A stretch of DNA of 64,000 nucleotides from the NCBI GenBank assembly GCA_951406725.2, contig OX597822.1, positions 55,986,001 through 56,050,000 on the forward strand, read 5' to 3'. Shown in pieces: positions 39,425-52,479 of the stretch (its first letter is position 1; every line of letters starts with the position of its first letter). Position numbers and translations under genes: made by a program. The stretch comes from Octopus vulgaris. Taxonomy: Eukaryota. Below the pieces are notes generated by a model that made no database searches, was not told where the DNA came from, and saw only the letters and a program-made list of their open reading frames with translations.

Positions 39425-40717
39425 TAGTTACAACTACAATATCCTTAACTGGACACGAAATGAACTGACCAAAATAGACAGGAAAACAAGAAAAATAATG
39501 ACAGGATCTAGGATGCATCACCCAAAATCTGACATAGAAAGACTATATATACAACGTATAGAAGGTGGTAGAGGCCTTATACAGCTGGAAAGCTACTATA
39601 AAATAACCACCATAGGACTGCAAAAATATCTACTTCAGAAGGAAGGAAAACTGATCCAGATAGCGGCAAAACACTAGCAAAACAAAAAACTGTTCTCAGT
39701 ATTTAAGGAAGCTGACAAATACAAACAAGAAATCATACCACCTAATAAACATGAAGAAGAAGAAGAAGAAGATGAAGAAACAACAAAAGCTATAAAAAAA
39801 ATGAAATCCAAACTAAAAATAGAACAGCAACGAACCATGATAAAACGATGGCAAGAAAAGCCCCTTCATGGTAAATACTGGACTAAACTAAACGCAAAAG
39901 AAATAGACAAAGAAAAATCCCAGCAATGGTTGAGAAGCTCAGGACTCAAAGCAGAAACAGAGGGATTTTTAATTGCAGCACAAGACCAAAGCCTCCCCAC
40001 CAGAAATTACCAAAAACATGTAATGAAAAGAAATATTACGAGTAACTGCAGAATATGTGGAGATGGACAAGAAACAATAAATCATATTATCTCTAGCTGC
40101 CCAGTCCTGGCTAAGAAGGAATATATTCACAGACATGACAGAGTTGGAACTTACATACATTGGAAGCTATGCCAACATTATGGAATAACAACAGAAAAAA
40201 GATGGTATAGGCACACACCACAAAAGGTCACAGAAAACGAGAAAGCAACCATACTCTGGGATATGCCGATACACACAGATAGAGAAATTAAGGCCAACAG
40301 ACCAGATATAGTTGTCAGAGACCATGAAGAAAAAAAATGCTTTCTAATTGATGTATCAGTACCGGCAGATGACAATGTGTCTCTAAAAGAAATGGAGAAA
40401 CTCTCAAAATACAAAGACCTGGAAATAGAGGTAACTAGAATGTGGAATCTGAAAACAGAAACAATTCCTATCATAGTAGGTGCATTAGGCATGATAAAAA
40501 AAATATTCAGACAAATACATAACAAAAACACCAGGACTTACAAACACATATAACATACAGAAAATTGCACTACTAGGCACTGCACACATCCTACGCAGAA
40601 CACTTTCCATACAATAACCATCAGAGCATCACAACAAATCACAGCACATACCCAAGGCACACAGAGCTGCGCTCGGTAGTGAAGTGAAAGCACGCTATAA
40701 AAATAAAAATAAAACTA

Positions 40718-40720
<3 letters not shown>
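39424..40720 (+). mobile_element. 5'-truncated R4/Dong-type LINE, relatively young, flanked by (TAA)n on both sides
   Basis: GGRGL, LHGKY, ETEGFLIAAQDQ, CRICG..ETINHIISSC, RHD, ILWD, NRPDIV..LIDV..EKLSKY (ORF 39801-40553). One upstream stop and a late frameshift. Confidence 0.9.
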
Positions 40721-40801
<81 letters not shown>

Positions 40802-40975
40802 TATTATGAGTATAATTATAATTAGGGTTCAGCAAAAGAATTTGCTTCACCACATACCGAAATTTAGTAATAGCAGCCAAAGAACCTAGCTATTTCTTCT
40901 ACTATAAGAAAGAACTCCCAGACAACATATACTCAAAAGCAATTTTCAGTGCTCTCAAATTTAAAATCCTGAAAT

Positions 40976-41060
40976 ACTGTGCTGAGGACGAGAATGATTG
41001 GAATGGAAATGGGATTTTTGCATTTTTCATATCTATCTAACTCCGAAACGCATCCACAGT
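40976..41060 (+). ncRNA. Type I hammerhead ribozyme motif (copy 1)
   Basis: actgtg CTGAGGA c gag...ctc c GAAA cgca TC cacagt; perfect 6-bp stem I and long imperfect stem II. Confidence 0.65.
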
Positions 41061-41578
41061 TAATCAAATGCCGAATGTCGTTGTTTTTCCTCTCTGCCTA
41101 CGTGAATTGTTTTTGAGTATATGTTGTCTGGGAGTTCTTTCTTATAGTAGAAGAAATAGCTAGATTCTTTGGCTGCTATTTCTAAAGTTCGGTATATGGT
41201 GAAACAAATCTTTTTGCTGAGCCCTAATTATAATTATACTCATAATTATAAAAAATATTGTTTAAGTTTACCGAAAATGGTCCTTTTAATATGCCGAATA
41301 CTACTTGGTAAAATTATTAATTATTAATTAATCAATTAATTAATGTTACCCTTTATTATTATTGATAATATATTTCTCTCCCTGATAATAAACTACAGCT
41401 TTTTCTGTAGAATTTTTTACTCGACAACACACGTGGGTGGGTGAGGGTGAATACGGGACCTCATTCGTATGTTTTGAATTCGTTGGTACTGGTCATTGGA
41501 TATAGTCTGTCTGATGTTACTTGGATCGGATAGGTATGTTAAGTTTTTTCAGTGCTCTCAAATTCAAAATCCTGAAAT

Positions 41579-41663
41579 ACTGTGCTGAGGACGAGACTGA
41601 TTGAAATAGAAATGTGAGTTTTGCATTTTTCATATCTATCTAACTCCGAAACGTGTCTACAGT
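41579..41663 (+). ncRNA. Type I hammerhead ribozyme motif (copy 2)
   Basis: actgtg CTGAGGA c gag...ctc c GAAA cgtg TC tacagt; GUC triplet. Confidence 0.65.
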
Positions 41664-42550
41664 TAATCAAATGCCTTGTGAATTAAGTTGTTTTCCTCTC
41701 TGCCTACGTGCATTTTTTCTGAGTATATGTTGTCTTGGAGTTCTTTCTTATAGTAAAAGAAATAGCTAGGTTCTTTGGCTGCTATTTCTAAAGATCGGTA
41801 TGTGGTGAAGCAAATCATTTTGCTGAACCCTAATTATAATTACACTAATAATTAAAAAAATATTGTTTACGTTTACTGAAAATGGTCCTTTTAAAATGCC
41901 GAATACTACTTGGTGGAGTTATTAATTATTAATTAATCGATTATCTCTCTCACCTCCAGCCCCCTCGATCTGTCTCTTTCTTCTCCTCCCTCGTCCACCT
42001 TCTCTCTCTTTTCATCTGTCCCTTTCTCTTGTCTTTTGTTCTCACGTGACCGCTAGCCGCTGTTGAGCGCTCTTTTCGTTCCAGCAGCCGCTGAAGCAAC
42101 ACGTATTTGTTCGTCTCCCTGTGGCCATTAGGCACAACTTCATAAGCCAGCCCCATACTCAATTCGTCCTGTCGAAAGACCCTTGTCCTACGTCCTGGTT
42201 TTGTTTTGTTTATTTTTTATTTTTTATTTTTACCGTTATTGTTTTTACGTTTTTGTATTCTTATTGTTGTCACGTATTCTGTATTTTTGTTCGTGTACTT
42301 CGTTCGTTTTCCGTCCTCGTGTTGTATACATTCGAAGCTTTCTTCCAGGGGATCTAATGCACTTGGCTTAGATTTCCCTTGGCGGGCTGCCCATATCGGA
42401 GCAATCTCAAGATTAATCAGCCGAAATTGCTAAGATGATCTGGTTCTTGACTGATGACTGAGGGCTTCGAATGTCCCGTCCTGTGGTTCTTGTGTCGTCT
42501 CTGTGGCGTTTCATGTTCTTGTCCATGTCTGTAATTATTTTTACTGTTTA

Positions 42551-42612
<62 letters not shown>

Positions 42613-42977
42613 TATATATATGTATATATTTCGAATTTACAGAAAACGAAAGACGAAGACAGGTGAGTGAACAACAAGCAGGTGTATTAGTTTGACGCTA
42701 TATCTATACGTCAGTTTATCACTATCACCTTTAGAGAATCGATTTCAGCCGGAAATTTTAGACAACTTGACTTATTGAAGGGAACCAATCAATCAGGAAC
42801 TGAAACAGTAAAGGAAAATCGGCTAACGAGAATAAGTCGTAGGTTATTACGATCACATTTCAGACAAAGGCAGCCCACACAAATACACGCAGGTGTACAT
42901 AGACATTTACACATATACACGCGCGCACGTATATACATATATAGAGAGAAAAAGAAAGAGAGAAAAATGAATAGCGA

Positions 42978-43054
42978 TAAATAGATAGATAGATAGATAG
43001 ATATATACATACATACATACATATAGAACGGCAGACAGACAGATAGATAAATAA

Positions 43055-43119
<65 letters not shown>

Positions 43120-43131
43120 AAGATAGATAGG

Positions 43132-43203
<72 letters not shown>

Positions 43204-43205
43204 GA
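42978..43205. repeat. (GATA)n microsatellite
   Basis: Direct read. Confidence 0.95.
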
Positions 43206-43972
43206 GACAGACAGGCATGAAAACCAATTGGTCTTATTTAAACTGTGCTCTTTTAAAACAACAGTGTTATTCCTTTCCAATGATTATTCAATTCCAATTA
43301 TGCTATGTTTAAACACATATATACGTTTATATGGGGTGTGTGCATGCTTGTGTTCACGTATGTATGTATGCATGCATGCATGTATGTATGTATGTATGTA
43401 TGTATATATGTATGCATGCATGTATGTATGTATGTATGTATGTATGTATGTATGTATGTATGTGTGTGTGTGTATGTGTGTGTGTATGTGTGTGCGTGTG
43501 TGCGCACGGCGCGCGTCTGTATGTTTATTTATAAAATCTCAACTTTAAGCTCGAAACCCCTTTTCTGCAAGAACAGAATGCATTAAACTTCTTGTGCTTC
43601 CCCAGTTCTGCCCAGTTTCCTTTGTGTTCTCTATTGGAATATTTACGCGCATATATGTATGTGCATGTCTATGTGTGTATGTGTGTTTATGTGTGTGTTT
43701 GTGCTTGTGTGTGTGTGTTCGCACGCGCATGTACGTGAGTGCGTGTGTATGTATTTCTAAAATCTCTACTTCAACCTCGAAACCTCTTTTTCTTCAAGGA
43801 CTCAAAGCATTAAACTTCATGTGCTTTCCCAGGTCTTCCCACACTGTCCTTTATTTGAATATTTATTCACATGGGTGTTTATTAATATCGATATGGGTGT
43901 GTACACTTATGTGCGGTTTTTGTATGGGTGCGTATATTTCTACATAATAGCGTTTGTATGTCTCTGTTCGTG

Positions 43973-44038
<66 letters not shown>

Positions 44039-44171
44039 TATATATATATACACATACGCTTGCAAACGTTTACTTATATGCAAGTAGTTATATACAGATA
44101 CAGATCAACGCGTATGTATGTATATGTGACTTTGTTCTTTTCAGATATGCTTCTCTGTCTCTGTCTGTCTG

Positions 44172-44211
<40 letters not shown>

Positions 44212-44213
<2 letters not shown>

Positions 44214-44480
44214 CCTACCATCCCTCTTGCGTCTAACGTCTGATCTCTGACTTCTGGCTGAAATCAGACCGCCATGTTGAATCGTTAGCTCCTGCACGCA
44301 TTTTTTTTCTCTCCTTGTTACTCTCCGTGTTTCTTTTCTGTGTATCTTTCTCCTGAAGAGCGTAGGCTCGAAACGTAAAAGACTTGTTTTATTTCTATTC
44401 CTGAGCGCCATACTAATACAATTGTTTGTTTGTACTCCACCTGCCTTCGTCTTTTGTTTATTTTCGTAAAGCTTCCCGTT
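44212..44480 (+). mobile_element. Second copy of the 29451-29656 short repeat, flanked by TA tracts
   Basis: Sequence similarity along the whole shared length. Confidence 0.7.
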
Positions 44481-45949
44481 ATATATATATACATACACAA
44501 ATGTCTGCGTCTGCGTGTGTGCGCGCATGTATGTGTGTCTATTCATACGTCCACGTGTGTGAATGTGTGTGCTTCATGGATCTTTTTGTATGACTGTATG
44601 TGGGCGGGCTGTATGTTCGTGTTGTGGTTCTTATATGTTATTTACTACCAAATGCGAAATGCTTCCTTTTTTTTCTCCTTCTGTTCGTTCAGAATTAGTA
44701 ATTTTCTATACGACTTAATTTAATGAATTGTGTATATTTCGTTATTTAATCTATGCGTGTTTATAACCGTTAATATTTATTTCGATGTGCTGTTCTTTAC
44801 CTCCCGTTTCTCTCTTCTGTAGCCGAACTCTTGCTCGAAGCCCTCAATAATTCTATAATCTCTATCCAATTCCTAGCATCCTTTTTGTTCATCTTGCATC
44901 TCTGATTCCTAGCCCCATCGTGTTAGTAATCTCTCTCTTGGCTATCTTTCTTCACCACATCACACACTCATTATTAGTTTCTTCCTTATTTTATCTTCTC
45001 CGGCCCAAACGACACTGTCTCTTTTTCTCCTTTCATCACTCTCAAACAAATTTGAAATTCCAAAAACTTTATATTACAAACTTCTAACTAAAAATGAATT
45101 TATCGAGCTATCTTATTACCCTTCCGCGATAAAAGGCTTTTTATGAAGAGTAAAATAATTCATTTTCCTGCAGGCAACATAATGTAATTCAGGAACATTT
45201 TATTCTCATGTTTATGCATTGTTAATTATGTTATTTCTGCTGTTCTTCACCCTCAAGGCATCTATAATCGAGTACCGCAATGGCATCAGGTGCTCAGCGA
45301 GGCCGTTTCTTAAGCACAGTACATGTGGGGCAACGCAACAAAATTTACTCCACCTCTTTAAAGGACATTATTTAAAAGACATTCGAATGCAAAAGGCAAG
45401 GCAGTGTAGCTACGGTTACCGCTTGGCGACCATTCAGTTTTCATTCAAATTCCATTGATGAGCACTTTCGTAGAGTTCCTCTTTTATAACCTCCGGTCAT
45501 CCAAATTATTGGAAGTGAATTTTTGCAGACAGAAGCTGCATGGAAACTTGATGGATGAAACATTACTCTTTTGGGGTGGTATGTTTCACCTGTCACTTGG
45601 CTTACCATCAACAATTAGCACATGAGTGCCTTCAGCATTGGCAAGTCTCCTGAAATCATTCGGGTTAGATATGTGGCATGAGGATAACTTTCTCCCTTCG
45701 GCTCTCTAGTCTACAGACTCATGAAAAGTGCTCCTGTTATCAAGCTATTGTTAACTAAAATATGTGGCGGCAGTATAGTAGCCACAGCATCTACCTGTAC
45801 TTCGCTTTTACTCTACTATTGGTCCTTGCTTCCGACAAATTCTTTTCGACCACTCAATTAAGCCACTTCTCTCTCACACACATTCTCTCTCTCCCTCACA
45901 TTCTCTCTTTCTTTCTCGTTCTCTTTCTTTGTATATGTATATGTATATT

Positions 45950-46160
45950 ATTTGTGTCAGTCATTGGATTGTAGCCGTGCTGGTGTACCACCTTAAAAGG
46001 TTTAGCCAAACTAATCGACACCAGTATTTATTTTTAAGTGTGCTATATATTGTATCGGTCTGTTTTGCTGAACCGCTAAGTTAGGCGGACGTAAACAAAA
46101 CAACACCAATTGTCTAGCATTAGTGAAGATCAAACAGATACACAAAGGGGACACACATGC

Positions 46161-46191
<31 letters not shown>

Positions 46192-46400
46192 CGTGTGTGT
46201 GTATGTATATGCATATATATATACGCATATACACAGAGAGAGATATAGATAGATAGGGTGAGAGCTTCTTTGAGTTTCTATCTTTCAAATCAACTCACAA
46301 GGGACTATAGCAGAAGACATTTTCCAATGTGTTACGCAGTGACAATGGATCCTAAACAATATGGCTGGGAAGAAAGCTTCGTACCTCACAGCCGTACCTG
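45950..46400 (-). mobile_element. Diverged full-length CORE-like SINE
   Basis: Tail, internal microsatellite and head in reverse orientation. Confidence 0.7.
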
Positions 46401-46460
46401 TACTTACACACACACACACACACACACGCACGCACGCACACACACACACACATGTATATA

Positions 46461-46782
46461 GTAGCGAAGATATCCGGCGTTGCTCGGGATTAAAATGGAA
46501 TAGCTTTTTTATTGTTTTACTTGTTTCGGTCATGTGACTGCAGACATGGTGGAGCAGCCCTTTTAGTCGAAGAAATAAGGAAGTAAACATAGTAACATCG
46601 GTTGTCAAGCGATCGTGGGGGTACACACACAGACACACACACATACATATATCTATACATATATATATACATACATATATATATATACATATATATATAT
46701 ATACATATGTATACATACAAATATATATACATATATATATATATATATACATATAAATAAATATATATATATACATATGTAT

Positions 46783-46843
<61 letters not shown>

Positions 46844-47470
46844 GTGTGTGTATGTGTGTGCATGTGTGTGAGTGTGTGCGCACGGCGCGCGTCTGTATGT
46901 TTATTTATAAAATCTCAACTGGACGTATAGGTATACATATATTTATACATACATGTATATATTTATATATATATACACACCTCTGTATATATATTTATTT
47001 ATTTACATAAATATACATGTTTATATATAAACATATATATTTTTCCCTTTTCAGTTTCAGCTGAGGGCTGTGACCATCCTGGGGCCACATATCTTGCTAG
47101 ATAATGACGTACAGCTGGCCTAAAAGATGAAAAATGGTTATTAATGCGTTTTTTTAATATTTATTGACCATCCTTTATATACAAAGTTATCAGTTACAGT
47201 TGTGATAGCACACTTATAGATTACGTTTTGGTTCAGACATCGGCCTAATAACGGATAGTGGGATTTAATCCTACAACTTCTCCCTATTCTTGCTCTATTA
47301 GAGAATTTGAATAAAATTATATTAATGTGTCTGATTAAAAAATATATTTATTTATGCAGCTGAGGATAGCCCTGCATTTAAATTGATGTAATGATTGCAT
47401 TGTTCAATTAGATGGACCCGCTTGACACAGTCGTACTGCATAACCTCTTGATATCCTGCTGCTTATTTTG

Positions 47471-47523
<53 letters not shown>

Positions 47524-47700
47524 GCATACATATATACATATATATATATATACATATAAACCCTCTCTCTCTATATATATATACATCTATATATACATAT
47601 ATATACGTATAAATGTATATATATAGATGTTTATATATATACATATATACATATAAATCCATACATATACCCCTATATATACATATATATATATATGTCC

Positions 47701-47738
<38 letters not shown>

Positions 47739-47986
47739 ACATGTGTATGTGTGTGTGTGTGTGTATGTGTGTGTATATGTATGCATGTTATTGTTTCACT
47801 TTTGACACGTAATACTGAAATAGTGTAAGAGATAAGAGATTGCTTCCGGCTCTTCATTAGGCAAGAGTTGACCCTAAGTAAGGCATGTGCAAAATTTGAA
47901 TGAAATCGGTTGGGTAGTTCTCAAGTTTTAGTTATGCACACACAGGCACACACACATTCTTAGTTATATATATATATATAAAGATT
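46461..47986 (-). mobile_element. Possible non-autonomous Helitron, termini only, filled with microsatellites and a SINE piece
   Basis: Minus-strand 5' end ATCTTTATATATA..GTGTGTG..CCGATTTCATTCAAATTTTGCACA (47885-47986). 3' hairpin CCCGAGCAACGCCGGA..CTAC at 46461-46495. Pairing of the two ends is inferred. Confidence 0.45.
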
Positions 47987-48634
47987 AAACTAGAGCAAGG
48001 TTCAACCACCCTGAAGAGTGTACAGGTTTATGTGTTGTTGGTTAGGTATTCATCTTCCCCGGTTGTTGTCCCAGAGAGCATGTGTGTCCAATTTAATAGT
48101 ATTACAACTTGGTGTATAGTAAAAAGAAGAAAATGTACTTTTCCTTTATATTATGCATAATTAATTTAAAAGTAAATTATTACTTACAAATTGTTTCAAA
48201 ATACAATAATACGCATTTAGAAACAGTTTATCACAATGAACTTGTTTCAAAATACCTTATCATATCCAATATACGTCACTACAATCAAATCATTTCAACA
48301 TTATGTATTCTAAACCACATATCCACATTCAAACTATTAAAAAATACACATAATTTAAAAAGCACATAATTACAAAATTGCATAATTAGGTATTCCAAAG
48401 CATATAATTACCAACCGGTTTCATTTTCTATAGTTGATATTCATTGCAATGTACATTTATACATATAAATTTGACATGGGCGATTCTTTCTTGTATATTT
48501 TCTTGTCTTGGGATTCACGGTCAAACAGCTGGGTGGAACTCTGCGAAAAATTACACAGATGTATGTGTAGAATGACCCGGTGGCGTTGCTGGGCTTTGTA
48601 TTTTTTTTCATAGCTCCCTTTGTTACCGAGACAA

Positions 48635-49642
48635 TCTACTATGATAATAATCTTGTGTTTATGAATGAGAAAAGAAGGGGTGATAGATGAATAAGGAAGG
48701 AAGGGGTATGTCATACTAGGTAGTGGAATGATGAAAATTGTACACTGAAAAAATACATCAAACTGCGTTTCAACTCTGTGTGGAATATATTTGTGTGTAT
48801 GTAAAAGGGGGTATGTGAATATGTGTATGTGTGTGTGCATGCGTGTGTGCGCGTGTGCGTGTGCTCGCAATGGAAGTGGGGTGGTTAACATTCTACGCTC
48901 TTCTATTTACTCACGGCCAGCTTTATGTGGTCTAAGTCGGACAAGAAGGAAGGAAAACTTTAAAATTCTTTTGAAGAAAACAAGCAGTCAAAGGATGTTA
49001 GTTGCAGATAGATATTTCACAAGTTTGGTAGTAAAAGAATTGTTAAACTAAAAACTTAGTTTTGTTCCTTATTTACTATAATAATACTCTTGTGTTTTTC
49101 TCCGTCACAACATATGAATGAACATAGGAAGGTGTGATAGATGAATAAAGAAGGAAAGAGTGATGGCAAACTACGTAGTGGGATGATGGAAGCTCTACGG
49201 TGAAAAAGATAAATCAAATAGCGTTTCAACTCTGTGTATTTGCCAGCTCCCGTGTTTAGTCACGGCCAGCTTTATATTTATGTGTGTGTATGTAAAAGGG
49301 AGATATGTGAATGTTTGTGTGTGCGTGTGTGTGTGCAATGGAAAGGGATTTTGAACATTCAACGCTGAAAAGAAAAACCAAACAACGTTTCAACTCTGTG
49401 TATTTGCCAGCCCCTGTATTTAGTTACGGTCAGCTTTATGTGGCCTTAATTTGAACAAGAAGGAAGGAAAACTTGAAAATTCTTTTGAAGGAAACAAGCA
49501 ATCAAAGGATGTTAGTTGCGGATAGATTTTTCACAAAAAAATTAGTAATAAAAGAATTATTAAACCAAAATCTTGGTTCTGTACCTTATTTATATATAAA
49601 ATACAATTAGCCGTCATTTTTGACGGCTCGGGGCTCAGCTAG
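48635..49642 (+). mobile_element. Non-autonomous Helitron with internal tandem duplication
   Basis: A|TCTACTATGATAATA start. A unit of about 440-510 bp is repeated from 49072. 3' hairpin AGCCGTCA-TTTT-TGACGGCT, then CTAG|T. Confidence 0.65.
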
Positions 49643-49659
49643 TGATTATAATACTTCTT

Positions 49660-50210
49660 TAGTATACTTTGTAATTTTCTTTCCATGCTGTGTTTTATCT
49701 TTTTAACTATATCCGTTGCTTTGTTATCTAAATTTATTCTTTCAACATTGTTCGCTTCTGTTTTGCACGGAGAAAATTGTCTGATTTTGTAATGTTTCGT
49801 TGTATCAATCAACCATTCTTTCTTTATTCGACAGTTGTTTTCTTATACTAGTTTTCTATTTATGTCACACCACATCCTCTTTTTATAGTGCTTATTCCTT
49901 CTTTGGGATAGAAGCTTCACTATGCTGTGAATAATTCCCGTGTTTTTTGTCTAAACTTTTCTAACGCTCTCCAGATTTATGTTGCAGCTATAAGTGGAAT
50001 GGCCAGTGTATTGATATATATTATCTTCTTTCTTGCATTAGGTTCAGTTTTTAGTGTTAGTCTTACTCTTCTGTAGTATTCTTTCCTACATTTGTTTTCC
50101 ATTTCCATTTGCCGCATTTTAAACATTTCATCTATTCCTAGGGACTTGAATGAAAAATTGTTATCTAAATCTCGGATTTCAATGTCTATTTCTAGTTCCA
50201 TATTCATTTA
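49660..50210 (-). mobile_element. R4/Dong-type LINE fragment
   Basis: FKSLGI..KEYYRRVRLTLKTE.NARKKI..INTLAIP (post-RT region). Confidence 0.7.
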
Positions 50211-50754
50211 TAGCGTTTTGTTACACTATCTTTTCTAAGATTTACTTGAGATCTAAGTTCCCCGATTCGATGGTTTAGAAAATCAAATCATGTCATTGAA
50301 AGAGCGGGTACTAAAAATGTTGTAACAAGATATCGGAGAAGAGTTTTGTGTGTTAGTATTGCATACTTTCCTTCTGTTTATAATAGATGTAGAAACAGTC
50401 GCGCTTTTGATAATATTATAAGTTACTTAGTAACATTCTTATGACATATGCAATCGAGGAGGAATGTTTATTTATCAAGCTCTGAAGAGTTCTGCCAAAT
50501 TTCTACAGATATGGGATTATACCATATAATATTATGTTTCTTATTTTGTGTTTATAGAACTGGTGATATTTTATATATAATTTCTTATAAGTTTGAAACT
50601 ATTCAATGCGTAATTGTGATAATGAGCAGCATATTAAAGCTTCTATCCCAAAGAAGGAATAAGTACTATATACCTAAATATTCTTAGCAAAGTTTTCAGG
50701 AATATTGCATGAAAATTGGAATTTATATTAAAAATTAAACTGAAATCCCTTAGT

Positions 50755-50915
50755 TGGTGAGCTAACAGATTCGTTAGAATGTCGGTGAAGAACCTTCAAA
50801 TTCTATATAGCTCAACTCTGCCTTTCATTTTTTTCAGGATCGATAAATTAAAGTAACTGTCAAGAACTGCAGTCGATGTAATTGATTATCCATATCTTTC
50901 GAAATTACTGGCCTT
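50755..50915 (+). mobile_element. Decayed Meta-domain SINE
   Basis: GGTGAGCTAACAGATTCGTTAG..GCCTTTCATT..GGATCGATAAATTAAAGTA. Confidence 0.55.
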
Positions 50916-52479
50916 GAAAAATACCATAATTAATTTCTCGTTGAATTTATTATGTGATTGTATTTACCAGTGCTTAAATTTAAATTACATCCAAGAAACT
51001 AACTATACTAACCCCTCATCTATTGAAGCGTGTAGATCTTACAACTTGAATAGCCAAATATTGAGAAAAAGCACGGATATTTTTGTTAACATGAAAATTG
51101 CATTAACAATAACCTCAACGCTTCTTTTGTGAGTTTTCTAAAACGCTGAAGAATTGAAAATAAACAAATATATTACGTATTCTGCTTATATTACAATCGA
51201 ATAAATGATTATGTGATCTATCTTCTTATGTGCTTTTGCCATTTAATCAAATCTCGATGACTATTCATATTTTGATGTGCTTACAATATATTTTCGCATA
51301 CACTACCGCGCTTTGTCTCTTCTAACGAACATTTTGACAAATGGTAACGTGAAATCCAAAATAACTATTCAGGCACCTTCAGCTTACAATGAAATATACC
51401 AACTCTGTTATCTAAACTGTGTAATTTCTTCATGCATTCAATCGTCCATGTATACACATATTACTTTTCATTGCGCCCTCAACTCTTACATATAGATTGA
51501 TATGTATATTGTTGTCATAAGCAGAGTACTTGGGTGTTTTTAGATTCGTCGGGGTCCTTCCTCTTCCAGGTCTGACCACAATCGATTTCTTCTACCGAAA
51601 AATAGCGGTAGACAGATAGAATGAAAGAAATAAGGTACTCGTAGCTTGTTTATCTCATTTAAAAAGATGGAAGCAAAGTTGACGATAACTGCAGAATACT
51701 CTCTCGCTGACGCTTTAATTACTCAGTCAGTTGACCGCTTTATACGTACATACATATATGTGTGTGAGTATGAATATATGTATGCATACACACACATGCA
51801 CACTCACACACACAAACACACACGCATATATGCATGTGGGTGTGTGTGTTGAGGGTGTTTTGTGTGTATGCATAAACCCAAAATATACTGCTATCCTCAA
51901 CGTGGAAAACTATGCATATGCATTGACTACAACTTCATTCATTTACCTGGAACAAGACGCACAGTTCATGCAAGCAACAGCAAACATCTTACAAATTTAC
52001 CGCCACCACAAATACTAACTCGTAATTAATAGCTTCTACGCATATAATCAAAAACTTTGCCAAAAATCAAAAAAATTGCCGCTATTCGTAGCCCGAGAGA
52101 TTATGTCTGAATGGTGACTATACCTTCACGCATCTGCCAAGCCCCCACCAAACCCACGGCTGAAACATCTCTTAAAGCGGCAGTGATGGTCCAGTGTGTC
52201 ACCGAATCACAGACGTCACCGATATCCGCCAGATACGATGGTAAAACCAACAACCACAAGCCATATAACTACCACCATGTTCCACATTTCCACAATAACT
52301 ACTCCAGAAAATGCCCCCCCCCCCTCACAAAAAAAAGAACAAGAACATACCAGTTTTAGCCATGATGAATCTAGAAAGGAAAGCAAAAAAATATTTTAGC
52401 TCTCGCACAACATCAACCACTGCGGTTACTTCAGTGCATAATCGCTCACCATTGCTGCATTAACCTAGTGCTAACGTTG

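Larger units (their letters stand above)
40801..41942 (+). mobile_element. Non-coding HHR-bearing element: inverted cap plus two direct repeats (603 nt period); retrozyme / non-autonomous PLE candidate
   Basis: 40943-41340 is repeated at 41546-41942. 40801-40944 is the reverse complement of 41105-41248. One HHR per repeat. Confidence 0.75.

Noticed and set aside
42448-42482. CTGATGA...CGAAT as another hammerhead
   Set aside because: GAAA is absent and there is no convincing stem II or III. It lies in an unclassified repeat-like segment (41950-42550).
48005-48030. CCACCCTGAAGAG as an HHR core
   Set aside because: No downstream GAAA or stem I partner.
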